Assembly (NCBI GenBank): GCA_963764165.1
Contig: CAVXRD010000001.1
Location: 288,001 to 352,000, forward strand
Source: an uncultured Verrucomicrobiae bacterium
Lineage (GTDB): Bacteria > Verrucomicrobiota > Verrucomicrobiia > Limisphaerales > Palsa-1400
Length of the DNA stretch: 64,000 bases
Direction of reading: 5' to 3'
Part shown: positions 21,943 through 31,043 of the stretch, one piece after another
Layout of the letters: each line of letters starts with the position of its first letter
Numbering within the stretch: the stretch's first letter is position 1
Translations under genes and position numbers: made by a program
Notes under the pieces: generated by a model
What the model was told of the DNA's origin: nothing
The model's input: only the letters and a program-made list of their open reading frames with translations
Database searches by the model: none

Positions 21943-22711
21943 TGAGCCATCAGGCAAAAAAACGAGCCTCAAAAAAAGCGGCCTGCCGGAGGTATTCCCG
22001 TTGGCCTCTTTTCAAAGGCAGGCACAAGTTAGTGCATACTAACTTCTTGTCAACCTGCAAACTCGGGCCCGAAGAATCCGACCGCGAGATTTGACTCGCA
22101 AAGTGCCGCGCGCTCTCTTCAAAAACAGGTGCGATTTACCGCAATTTGGTGCGACTAGCTGCGAATGGGTGAAACTGGTTGCCACAAAGTGCGGGACTCG
22201 CCTGCATCGATGCGCGTTGGCACTGGCGGCGATCAGCCGAGAGCAAGGCGGATTCGGAGTGATGTCAGGCGACCGCAGCGAGATGATTACCCCGACACAT
22301 CCCACTGCGGATCCCAGTCCTCAGTCCTATCACACATGTTCGTCTGCAATGAGCGCACTTTGGCACACCCGCGGCGAAACAGAAAACCTACCAGAGGTTT
22401 TTCGGCACGATTTATTGGAAAAAAATTCAAAATTCGGAGGAATCTCACAATTTTGAGCATTATGAGACAGGCAGGGGCGGTTTTTTGCAGGGCAGGTTTC
22501 CAAACCTGCCAGAATCGCGGATTTGCAAATCAGCTTGCCCATTGCATTTTGCGGCAGGCAGGTTTGGACGCCCGCGATCCAGCGGCGCATTCCAGTTATT
22601 GGCCAATTGGGAAATGAAGAACGCGAAGCATGCCGAGCTTTTGCAGAAGTCCGCCCTCACAAAAACTGAGATGCGCCCGATCCAGCTGACGCGGAGGTTT
22701 GCGCCAGACAA

Positions 22712-23812
22712 TTATTTGGCTTCAGCTCCCACTGCCTGTTTCAATTGCTGAAAACCGTGCTGATCAAGCTTTTGCCGCAAGCCCTTCACAATTTCTTTAA
22801 CAACCGTCGGCCCCCGGTAAATCAAGCTCGTGTAAATTTGGAGCAGCGCAGCCCCGGCGGTGATTTTTTCCCACGCATCGTTCGCGTCGAAAATGCCGCC
22901 CACGCCGATGATGGGCCAGGCGCCCCTGCTCTGCCGGTAAAGATGCCGGATGACTTCCGTGCTTCGCTCGCGCAGCGGCCGGCCGCTCAGTCCGCCCGCT
23001 TTTGAATACACGTCCCGCACATCAGCGTTCGCTGCCTCGGGGCGCGTGATGGTGGTGTTGGTGGCGACAAATCCGGCCAGGCGGCGAGGGCCGGCCAACT
23101 CAAGAATTTCATCGAGCGCTTGAAACGAAAGATCGGGCGCGACCTTCACCAAAATCGGGATGGAAACCGCGCCCGTGTTGTTCTCTTGCAGCGCCGCGAG
23201 AATCTCATCCAGCGCCGCCTTGTCCTGGAGCTGCCGCAAATTCGGCGTGTTCGGAGAACTGACGTTGACCACACAAAAATCGACGTGCGAACGGAGCGTG
23301 CGAAACGTGCTGGCGTAATCCTCGGCGGCGATCTCCAGCGGAGTCACTTTGGATTTCCCGATATTGACGCCGACGGGATGATGGGGCCACCTGCCCTCTT
23401 GTTTCCAGCGCGCCAGTGCTCCCGCAAAAACCGCCGCGCCGGGATTGTTGAATCCCATGCTGTTGACAACGGCTTCCTCCGAAACGGAGCGAAAAACGCG
23501 CGGGAGCGGATTCCCCGGCTGCGCGCGCCAAGTGACGCCGCCCAATTCGCTGAACCCAAATCCCATCGCGCACCAGGCCGGAACCGCTTCGGCCCATTTG
23601 TCCATTCCGGCAGCGAGGCCAATGGGATTGGGGAATTGCAAGCCGAAGGCTTCCACGGGAAGTTCGGGCGCCCCGCAAAAAGCGCGCGCAAGTTCCAGCA
23701 GCGGCTCGTGGCGGCTGGCCCGCCCGAGCATCTTCAACGTGAAATCATGAATATGCTCCGCTTCCTGCCGGAACAGCACGGGTCGAACAATGCGGCGATA
23801 AAGCCAGCTCAC
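22712..23812 (-). CDS. pyrD: Quinone-dependent dihydroorotate dehydrogenase
   Basis: NPIGLAAGMDK, NSMGFNN, NVSSPNTPNLR, KVAPD, GGLSG. Confidence 0.95.
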   Translation of the reverse strand: MSWLYRRIVRPVLFRQEAEHIHDFTLKMLGRASRHEPLLELARAFCGAPELPVEAFGLQFPNPIGLAAGMDKWAEAVPAWCAMGFGFSELGGVTWRAQPGNPLPRVFRSVSEEAVVNSMGFNNPGAAVFAGALARWKQEGRWPHHPVGVNIGKSKVTPLEIAAEDYASTFRTLRSHVDFCVVNVSSPNTPNLRQLQDKAALDEILAALQENNTGAVSIPILVKVAPDLSFQALDEILELAGPRRLAGFVATNTTITRPEAANADVRDVYSKAGGLSGRPLRERSTEVIRHLYRQSRGAWPIIGVGGIFDANDAWEKITAGAALLQIYTSLIYRGPTVVKEIVKGLRQKLDQHGFQQLKQAVGAEAK

Positions 23813-23823
23813 AGTCTGCGCCG

Positions 23824-25836
23824 TCAGCGCCTGGCGGCAGCAGCTCGGGCGGAAACCCGGCCAGCCTGCTGGCGCACCGCGCCCGGCAGCATATTACGAT
23901 ATGTGGCCAGCGCCAGAAGGGGCCAGCTATTTCGGTACATGTCGTACTTCAGGTAAAACACGCGAGGGAATCCCGTCCCGGTGGCCTCGGCTTCGCTCCA
24001 CGAGCCGTCCGCGTTGTGAGTGCGAATCAAATACTCAATCCCGTTCTGCAGCGCGGCAGAACTGGGATCCTCGAACGCGCAAAGCCCCATGACCGCCCAC
24101 GCCGTTTGCGAGGCAGTGCTCGGCCCCTGCCCTTTGAACACCGGATCATCGTAGGTATTGCAGCGCTCGCCCCAGCCGCCGTCCTCGTGCTGGACGCTTT
24201 CCAGCCAGACGCGGGCGCGCTGAACCCAATCCTGCTTCATGTCGATGCCCAGGGCGCGCAGGCCGCGCAGCACCTGCCACGTGCCATAAATATAATTGAC
24301 ACCCCAGCGGCCATACCACGAGCCGTCCGCTTCCTGATGCTCGCGGATGAATTGCATGGCCTCCTGAATCTGTGGATTCTCCAGCGGGAAATTTTCGTAG
24401 CCCAGCAATTCCAAAATGCGCGCCGTGATGTCGGCGCATTCGGGATCGAGCATCGCGTTATGATCCGCGAAGGGAACTTTTTCGAGAATGCTCTTGGTGC
24501 AATCCTTGTCAAACGAAGCCCAGCCGCCGTCCTTGCATTGGAACGTCAGCGTCCAATTCAATCCGCGTTCGAACGCCGCATCGCGGCGGGCGGGATTGCT
24601 GGTCGGGATTTTCCGCAGGGCCAGCAGCACCATGGCGGTATCGTCGACGTCCGGATTCCACTTGTTGTTGAATTCAAATACCCAGCCGCTCGGCTCCACG
24701 TCCGCGGTATTCTTATATTTCCAATCGCCGCGGAAACGCACTTCGCGGTCAATCAGCCAATCGCACGCCTTTACCAGCGCGGGATGATCGCTGGGCAAAC
24801 CGGATTCGTGCAGCGCGATGGACACGATGGCCGTATCCCAAACCGGCGACGTGCAAGGCTCGATGCGCACCGTGTGCTCCGTCTCGTGCTGGAGCGCCTT
24901 CAAATCCGCGCGGCACTTCTGGACGTGGACATTATCGTCGGGATAGCCAAGAGCTTTAAGGACGATAAGCGAATTCAACACACCCGGAAAAATCGCAGCC
25001 AGTCCGTCCGTGCCCTCCATGCGTTCCATCATCCATTGCTCCGCCTTTTTCAAGGCGCGCTTGCGGAACGGGTGAATTCCGAAGCGGGCAAAGTGCTCGG
25101 CGAACTTATGCAGCGAATCCAGCCGCAGGAACAAATTGCGCCAGGTGAAAAACTCGGGATCGCGCGGCAGCATCAAATCGCGCTCGTGAAATCCCAGCGG
25201 GTAAAGTTCGCTGAGGTCCGAATTCCGACCGAGGTGGCGGGTCGGTTTGAGGTGGTTGAGAATCGCCAGCGGCACCAGCATCGAGCGGCTCCACGAACTC
25301 ATGTCGTAGAAATGCACGCCGAACCATTTGCCCAGCAGGATGATTTCGCACGGAATGGTGGGCAGATATTCCCACGGGAAAAGACCAAGCAGAGCGAGAT
25401 AAAGCTTGGAGAACGTATTGAGCCGCGGAATTCCGCCCATGCTCAAAGCAGTTTGGCGAGCGCGCAGCATGCGCGGATCGGTGGACGGCACGCCGGCCAG
25501 TTTCAGCGCGAGATAGGCCTTGATGGTGGCGTTCACTTCCGCCGGGCCGCCGGGATAGATGCTCCATCCGCCAGTGGGCATTTGGAGACTGAAGAGTTGG
25601 TTGACCGCTTTTCGCTCCCATTTTTCATCCACCGACCTGTCCCAATGGTGAAACGCGAGCGTGTCCGCCACCAGCGTGCAATCGACGATGAGTTCGCCGA
25701 CCCAATAACCTTCCGGCTTTTGTTCGCCCAGAAGGTAATCTTGAGACCGCTTAATGGCGGAGTCCAACTCAGGCAAGGTGAAAGATTCAAGATCGGAGGC
25801 GCGAAAAACGCCATTCACCTGCTCATTTTCAGACAT
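23824..25836 (-). CDS. shc: Squalene-hopene cyclase
   Basis: DVDDTA catalytic motif, QW repeats (QEADGSWYGRWG, QHEDGGWGE), GTGFP; start placed at MSENEQ. Confidence 0.95.
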   Translation of the reverse strand: MSENEQVNGVFRASDLESFTLPELDSAIKRSQDYLLGEQKPEGYWVGELIVDCTLVADTLAFHHWDRSVDEKWERKAVNQLFSLQMPTGGWSIYPGGPAEVNATIKAYLALKLAGVPSTDPRMLRARQTALSMGGIPRLNTFSKLYLALLGLFPWEYLPTIPCEIILLGKWFGVHFYDMSSWSRSMLVPLAILNHLKPTRHLGRNSDLSELYPLGFHERDLMLPRDPEFFTWRNLFLRLDSLHKFAEHFARFGIHPFRKRALKKAEQWMMERMEGTDGLAAIFPGVLNSLIVLKALGYPDDNVHVQKCRADLKALQHETEHTVRIEPCTSPVWDTAIVSIALHESGLPSDHPALVKACDWLIDREVRFRGDWKYKNTADVEPSGWVFEFNNKWNPDVDDTAMVLLALRKIPTSNPARRDAAFERGLNWTLTFQCKDGGWASFDKDCTKSILEKVPFADHNAMLDPECADITARILELLGYENFPLENPQIQEAMQFIREHQEADGSWYGRWGVNYIYGTWQVLRGLRALGIDMKQDWVQRARVWLESVQHEDGGWGERCNTYDDPVFKGQGPSTASQTAWAVMGLCAFEDPSSAALQNGIEYLIRTHNADGSWSEAEATGTGFPRVFYLKYDMYRNSWPLLALATYRNMLPGAVRQQAGRVSARAAAARR

Positions 25837-26647
25837 GATTGTCTTCACATTCGGTAATACGGGACAGTACCACAATTCTTGCAGACATCGCAGTGCAATT
25901 TGCGAGGTGCTCGAAAGCACGCCAAAACTGTGCAGCCATTGCGCACTTCTGTAAAGCTCAATTTCACCCAAACCTTTGCCGAGTTTTGCGAAACCGTCAA
26001 CATATTGTGGGTTCCGCAGGCGCTCGCACAATCCCTTGGGGGGCATGGCGCAGGGCTTTCCAAACTTGGAGGGTGCAATTTGGGCGCTGAAAAACCGTAG
26101 GTGCAACAGGGTGCAATAGGGTGCAACGCTTCTTTCCGGCGAGATGCGGTTAAGGGCAACTCCGCAGATGGCGTCGGCCTTATTTCATCCGGCTGAAATC
26201 GTTGAAGAACCCGCGCGGGAACAATGCAGAGGGTATGGGGACCGCACGCGCCTCGCGTGCAGTGTTCCGCGCCCTCGCGGAACACATTCGATGTCTGAAT
26301 CGATTGGTTGAACGAATTCGCCAGTGGCGGCTGGCAAGGCGCCAGTCGTCCATACCCAAGGGCGGGTGTGCTCCCCGTGAAATGAACTGCCTCGTTCCGC
26401 CTATGACCGTGCGTCTGCACGGACGCACTCTGCCACGTCTGGAGCTGGATGGAAAACCTACGGGAGGTTTTGCGGCACGATTTTTGTAGAAAAACGCGGA
26501 AAAAATTGAATCTGGAACTCATGAAATCAGGAAAAGTGGCGTCTGGAACGATGCGAGCGGATTTGGGAGCGCGACTGTCCCGGCTGCCCTGGCGGGTGTC
26601 CCCAAGAGTTCTCGATGAAACGCGGGCGTGAAACGGGGAGAATTATT

Positions 26648-26850
26648 GGGCGGCGACGCAGAGATTGTCTCAAAACTACAAAATCCTCAAAGTGTGTCAA
26701 TACTACCAATCTCTCATTTTCGATATGGCGCATTTTTATTTTCGGTGAGGGTGTTTTGGTGGTGCTTTTTAAAGCCGTTTTTGAGTTTTGAGACAGACTC
26801 CGCAGCACCGCCCTACCTCAATTTGGTAGGGCGGACCTGTGTGTCCGCCC
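26648..26850. repeat. REP doublet (GGGCGGCGACGCAGCACCGCCCTACC...GGTAGGGCGGACC) interrupted by a MITE
   Basis: Uninterrupted copy at 62651-62710. Confidence 0.85.
26661..26800. mobile_element. 140-bp MITE, copy 1
   Basis: 17-bp imperfect TIRs GAGATTGTCTCAAAACT / AGTTTTGAGACAGACTC; 4-bp duplication CGCA (26657-26660, 26801-26804); second copy at 38662-38801. Confidence 0.92.
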
Positions 26851-26946
26851 ACATTTCCGCCAATTCAACCGCACAGTTCCAATCGCGCCCCGCCGAACAA
26901 GCCAGAATCCTCCATTCCTGATTTCGTGAGTTCCAGATTAAATAAC

Positions 26947-27192
26947 ATATAATCTCGAAAAACCCGCTACACCCGCTACATCGTTGATTATCAACCAGAT
27001 AAACCGCTACATTTGCCGCTACAGGGCCGCTACAAACCCGCTACATTTTCTTCCGGGCGAGGCAGTCCAGCCTCAACAAATTGTAGGCCGGGTCGCCCGA
27101 CCGGGCTTCCAGAGGAATCGCAGAGACAGCGGCAGATGGAGTCCAGCGTCGAACCATTTGCGAAAAACAAAAAGTGCAAAAAGTGACGCCTG
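26947..27192. repeat. ~245-bp composite non-coding repeat, copy 1 (six CGCTACA heptamers + GGAATCGCAGAG...CCATTTGCG block)
   Basis: Direct repeat of 27915-28157; partial copies at 30425-30525 (inverted) and 62796-62900. Confidence 0.88.
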
Positions 27193-27225
27193 TCTTGGTT
27201 TCCCGGAGGGCGACCGACAGATTGC

Positions 27226-27313
27226 TCAAAGCGGTAGAAATTCAACACAATTAGCCATTTCCTCGGCGGAACTGGCCTCGCTGATGATTTCAAGAATAGA
27301 ATGAAAGCGACAT
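27226..27313 (-). pseudogene. Collapsed remnant of a DUF5615-type PIN toxin
   Basis: MSLSFY N-terminus joined out of frame to LEIISEASSAEEMANCVEFLPL* C-terminus, directly after a DUF433 gene. Confidence 0.55.
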
Positions 27314-27326
27314 CGCGGCCGGAGCT

Positions 27327-27635
27327 TCATCGCTTCAGACGCGAAGCAACAACTCGATGGCGAGGCTCGGCATGCATCCTGATCGCTTCTTCTTCAGTGG
27401 CAGCGATCTTGCGATCCAATTTCTCGCGATGGTCCGCATAGTAAGCCAACGCGGCATAGACTTCACCCAATGTTAGCTGGGGGTGGTTCAACGCCAACTC
27501 CTCCGCGCTCCATCCGTAGGCGACATGCTCGCGAATCAGATGAATCACTTTAAACTTTTTGCCCGCAATCAATGGCCGCTCTGGATTGGAGCAATCCAGA
27601 TGTTCGTAAGCGTGCGTCGTCACTGACATAGCCAA
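27327..27635 (-). CDS. DUF433-family antitoxin-like protein
   Basis: PLIAGKKFKV, GWSAEELALNHPQLTLGEVYAALAYY. Confidence 0.85.
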   Translation of the reverse strand: MAMSVTTHAYEHLDCSNPERPLIAGKKFKVIHLIREHVAYGWSAEELALNHPQLTLGEVYAALAYYADHREKLDRKIAATEEEAIRMHAEPRHRVVASRLKR

Positions 27636-27807
27636 AGTTTAGCATAGGCAAAGCGGCGGGCAAGCCCTCTTAAAACACGCTCGGGCATCTGCTGCCGGTT
27701 CACCCTGACCCCAAAAAGCGCAAAAAGTGAGGCCGCCTGCCCCATGTCAGAATTTCCCTCTTCCTTGCGCAAGGTCGCAAGGATTTGGCCGACTGATTCA
27801 GCAAGGC

Positions 27808-27882
27808 CCGCCGCGTGAGGGCACGCGGCCTACAGGGACGCGCTCGATTCCGAATTGTAGGCCGGGTACCCTTACCCGGCGG
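27808..27882. repeat. GTAG-type REP doublet (GTAGGCCG family)
   Basis: CCGCCGCGTGAGGGCACGCGGCCTACA ... TGTAGGCCGGGTACCCTTACCCGGCGG. Confidence 0.7.
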
Positions 27883-27914
27883 TCGGGTGGTGATCGAAAA
27901 ACCATTGAATATGA

Positions 27915-28157
27915 ATATAATCTCAAAAAACCCGCTACACCCGCTACATCGTTGATTATCAACCAGATAAACCGCTACATGGGGCGCTACAAAGCCGCTA
28001 CACACCCGCTACATTCCGGGCGAGGGAGTCCAGCTTCAACAAATTGTCCAAGTCCCCCACCGGCGCCTAGAGGGATCGCAGAGTCATCGGCGGATGGAGT
28101 CACATGTCGAACCATTTGCGAATAACAAAAAGTGCAGAAAGTGAGGACTGACGCCTG
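27915..28157. repeat. Composite non-coding repeat, copy 2
   Basis: Aligns over its length with 26947-27192. Confidence 0.88.
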
Positions 28158-28268
28158 CGCTAGTATGCGCTCATGTTGGTCGGTTCAAAAATATGTGATT
28201 ATGTTGGGCGATGCCCTAATGGATGATCCCTCTAGGACCGACGCCGGCATAGCAGGTATCGCATATGC

Positions 28269-28910
28269 TTATTTCGGATCGTCAAACGGGTCCGGCTTGC
28301 TGATGGATCCGCCCGCAAGCTTGGTCGCGTGCTTCAGCGCATTAACCATTCGCTTTGCTTTCTGTTCATCAGTCACACGAAATGAAAATCCAGGGAGGTT
28401 ATCTATATAGTTCGTCTTCTTCACCAAGAGATCTAGGGATGACGGGTGCGACGGTGAATACGATTTAGAAATCCCGCCGACGTTGCTTTTCAATTTCTCA
28501 TCGCCATGCGTTTTGCCTGATACATTCCACGCGCCAGGTGAATTTGTATCCTGACTGAAATTAATGGTTTCTGCGTCAATTTTCCTAAACTCAATGCGCG
28601 TCGTTGAAATATTAGTAGCGAAAACACAGATCGTGTCTCCAATTACGGTAGTTTCGCTATTCACAGTCAACTCAATGGCCGGATCAAGAGGCTTGTGGGC
28701 CATGGAATAAACATAGGAAAAGGTTCGAACTCCCCCTGGATCAATGGGTGAAAGCGAAATGGAAAATTTAATGTTTTCGTTTGCGCGGGAAACGATGTAA
28801 TTTATCGTGCTATCGAGATCGTTAGTAAATGAATCGTCCGCCATCGCAGGGAAGCAAACCAAGGCAAAAACGATCAAATAAATCTTGCTAAAAGGCAATT
28901 CATTGAGCAT
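28269..28910 (-). CDS. Hypothetical exported protein
   Basis: Signal-peptide-like IYLIVFALVCFPAMA; AT-richer than core genes. Confidence 0.6.
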   Translation of the reverse strand: MLNELPFSKIYLIVFALVCFPAMADDSFTNDLDSTINYIVSRANENIKFSISLSPIDPGGVRTFSYVYSMAHKPLDPAIELTVNSETTVIGDTICVFATNISTTRIEFRKIDAETINFSQDTNSPGAWNVSGKTHGDEKLKSNVGGISKSYSPSHPSSLDLLVKKTNYIDNLPGFSFRVTDEQKAKRMVNALKHATKLAGGSISKPDPFDDPK

Positions 28911-30036
28911 GCGCATAAAATAAAATGTAAACCTTGTTTCCCTGATCACGGTCGTAAGGGAGCCAAGAAAAGGATATCTTAACTTTAACCTTCCTTGTTA
29001 CATCTATGCTTCTTAGTTTGACCGACGAACAGGACGTGCTGCAACTCCCTAAATAACGGGGGATAGCACTCTCTTCCTCGACGCTAATGCTGGAAAATCC
29101 AGAAGTATTCCTTGATGAGGCGGCAAAAAGTGTAATGTCCGAACCTGGCGGAAGCTCAATGCTGAATTCCTTTTCACTGCGATCAATAACAGTGGCAAAT
29201 TGGCGATAGTGGGACGCATCGCTGAAATCCAGAGACCGATCACTATAGCTAGTCTCGGCCGAGTTCTTGAGCAGATCTCGCAGCCGCGTGCGAGCAGTTT
29301 CAAGTGCGGTGTCGGTTGATGCCGCCCCGTTCCCGGCTTGACCGGTCTTCCACAAATCAATTTGGGCTTGCGCGGAATTTAATTCACGCGTAATGGCATC
29401 GAATTCCCTGTCAAGTTGCGGAAGCATTGTATCTCCCCATGTTTGCAACGACTCTCGCAGCTTTGCCGTTCGCTCCATTGCCTCGTGGAGGTTTTTCAAA
29501 AATTCTTGGGCGGCGGACCTGCTGGTCGGATTTTCTTTCTCAATTTCATCTCCCAAAATCGAGGCTGCGTTGTTATACGACCCGAATATCTCGGACGCCT
29601 GGGAGGCAAGTTCCTGTAATTTCTTTGCCCCATCTAGAAATCCGCCGGATGGAGAAGACTCTCGGCGGATGATTGCAATTGGCCCTAGGTAATTTTCGAA
29701 GGTAAAGCGATCATCGCGTGTGTGAAAAAAGCGATTAAACCGGCGCTCGAAATCCTGGTTCAGCTTCAACTGCCTCGTTACCGAATCGACAGTCTTTCCA
29801 GTAATGAGCCCCCATCGTGACGCAGCAGCTCCGGTCGGGACGCCGCTTGGATAAAGCCAAATCTCCCATTCATCGACTTGCTCGTTTCTGGGATCACCTT
29901 GAATTATACTGGGCGTCGAGCGCCCATCGGATCGATAATAGGGATCAGCAGCACTTTGCTCAATGAAGATGAAGCCAGTCAACGCAGTCACGAGCAGCAA
30001 ATTGACTCGGCTTGCCACAGAAAGACGTTGAGGCAT
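28900..30036 (-). CDS. Hypothetical exported protein with coiled-coil segment
   Basis: Long ORF; hydrophobic LLLVTALTGFIFI; helical middle region; start uncertain. Confidence 0.6.
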   Translation of the reverse strand: MPQRLSVASRVNLLLVTALTGFIFIEQSAADPYYRSDGRSTPSIIQGDPRNEQVDEWEIWLYPSGVPTGAAASRWGLITGKTVDSVTRQLKLNQDFERRFNRFFHTRDDRFTFENYLGPIAIIRRESSPSGGFLDGAKKLQELASQASEIFGSYNNAASILGDEIEKENPTSRSAAQEFLKNLHEAMERTAKLRESLQTWGDTMLPQLDREFDAITRELNSAQAQIDLWKTGQAGNGAASTDTALETARTRLRDLLKNSAETSYSDRSLDFSDASHYRQFATVIDRSEKEFSIELPPGSDITLFAASSRNTSGFSSISVEEESAIPRYLGSCSTSCSSVKLRSIDVTRKVKVKISFSWLPYDRDQGNKVYILFYAHAQ

Positions 30037-30525
30037 CAAGGCTTTCTTGGGAATCTCGACGACCCTCTCCGCTGCGACCGTAACATCAAAATCAGAGGAT
30101 AGACTCAAAACGGCTCTGTCTTTTTGGCCAATACAATAGCGCGCCGGAATCAGCCGAATGCGCTTTTTTCCGGAATCCAATGAATCCGACATCAACATCC
30201 TTCTTGCGAGGCGTACTAAAAATACTGACATGCTATGCTCGCAAATGGATTGTTTCACGATGCAGTCGAATATACAGTGTGGTGGTTTCGAGGAAAGCAT
30301 TAAGGTAAAGGCGGCAAAAATATAAGCGGGGCTGATAAAGCGATTGCGCGGGCATTAGTTTCAGTTTATCGCTCTTAAATAACCTTAAAAATCGCGCAAG
30401 AGTTCGCATGTCCGGGTCCAGTGTCCTAATTTTTTGCGCTTATTTTTTTCGCAAATGGTTCGACTTGACTCCATCTGCCGCTGACTCTGCGATTCCTCTG
30501 GACGCCGGGTCGGGGACCCAGCCTA

Positions 30526-30680
30526 GTGCGCTTGAGAAGGAGCGTGCATAGGAGGGTGGAAGTCCCTCTGTGGCGGTGCTTCCCGCCACGAGTTGAAAGT
30601 AACTGCGTTCTGGCGACAGGGCGTGGAGAGCAACTGGAAACGAAAGGACAGTCCGTAGAACTGCGGGCCGCAAGGCCCGT
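30526..30680 (+). mobile_element. Probable group II intron 5' fragment (domain I only)
   Basis: Starts GTGCG; GAGGG-TGGAAGT-CCCTC hairpin; TAACTGCG...GTGGAGAGCAACTGGAAACGAA...CAGTCCGTA resembles bacterial group II intron domain I; no RT ORF or domain V follows. Confidence 0.6.
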
Positions 30681-30902
30681 CGCAAGTGTCATCGCAAGTG
30701 TCAATCGCAAGTGTCAGTCCTCACTTTTTGCACTTTTTGCTTTCCTGCTTTTAGGCGAAAAAGGGGTCAGACCAACAGGCGAAAAAGGGGTCAAAAAGGG
30801 GTCAGACCAACATAATTACATATTATTCTTCCACCACGAACGACGTCCGCAACAATCCAGGGCACGCGGCCTACTGAAACACCGCCAATTCAGCATTCCC
30901 AA

Positions 30903-31004
30903 GGCAGGGACGCCTCGCGGAGGTGTCCGGTTGCGAGCGATTAATTGCACGGATTGCGCATGAAGAGAGCCTCACTCCGGACGCCTCGGCGAGGCGTCCC
31001 TGCC
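30903..31004. repeat. REP doublet, GG(T/C)AGGGACGCCTCG family
   Basis: GGCAGGGACGCCTCGCGGAGGTGTCC ... GGACGCCTCGGCGAGGCGTCCCTGCC. Confidence 0.85.
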
Positions 31005-31043
31005 TGCCGCTTCGCGGCACAGCGACAGACTTGGAAGTCTGCG

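Noticed and set aside
26963..27046. CGCTACA repeats as a CRISPR array
   Set aside because: Repeats are 7 bp with 2-5 bp gaps, there are no unique 30-40 bp spacers, and no cas genes are present
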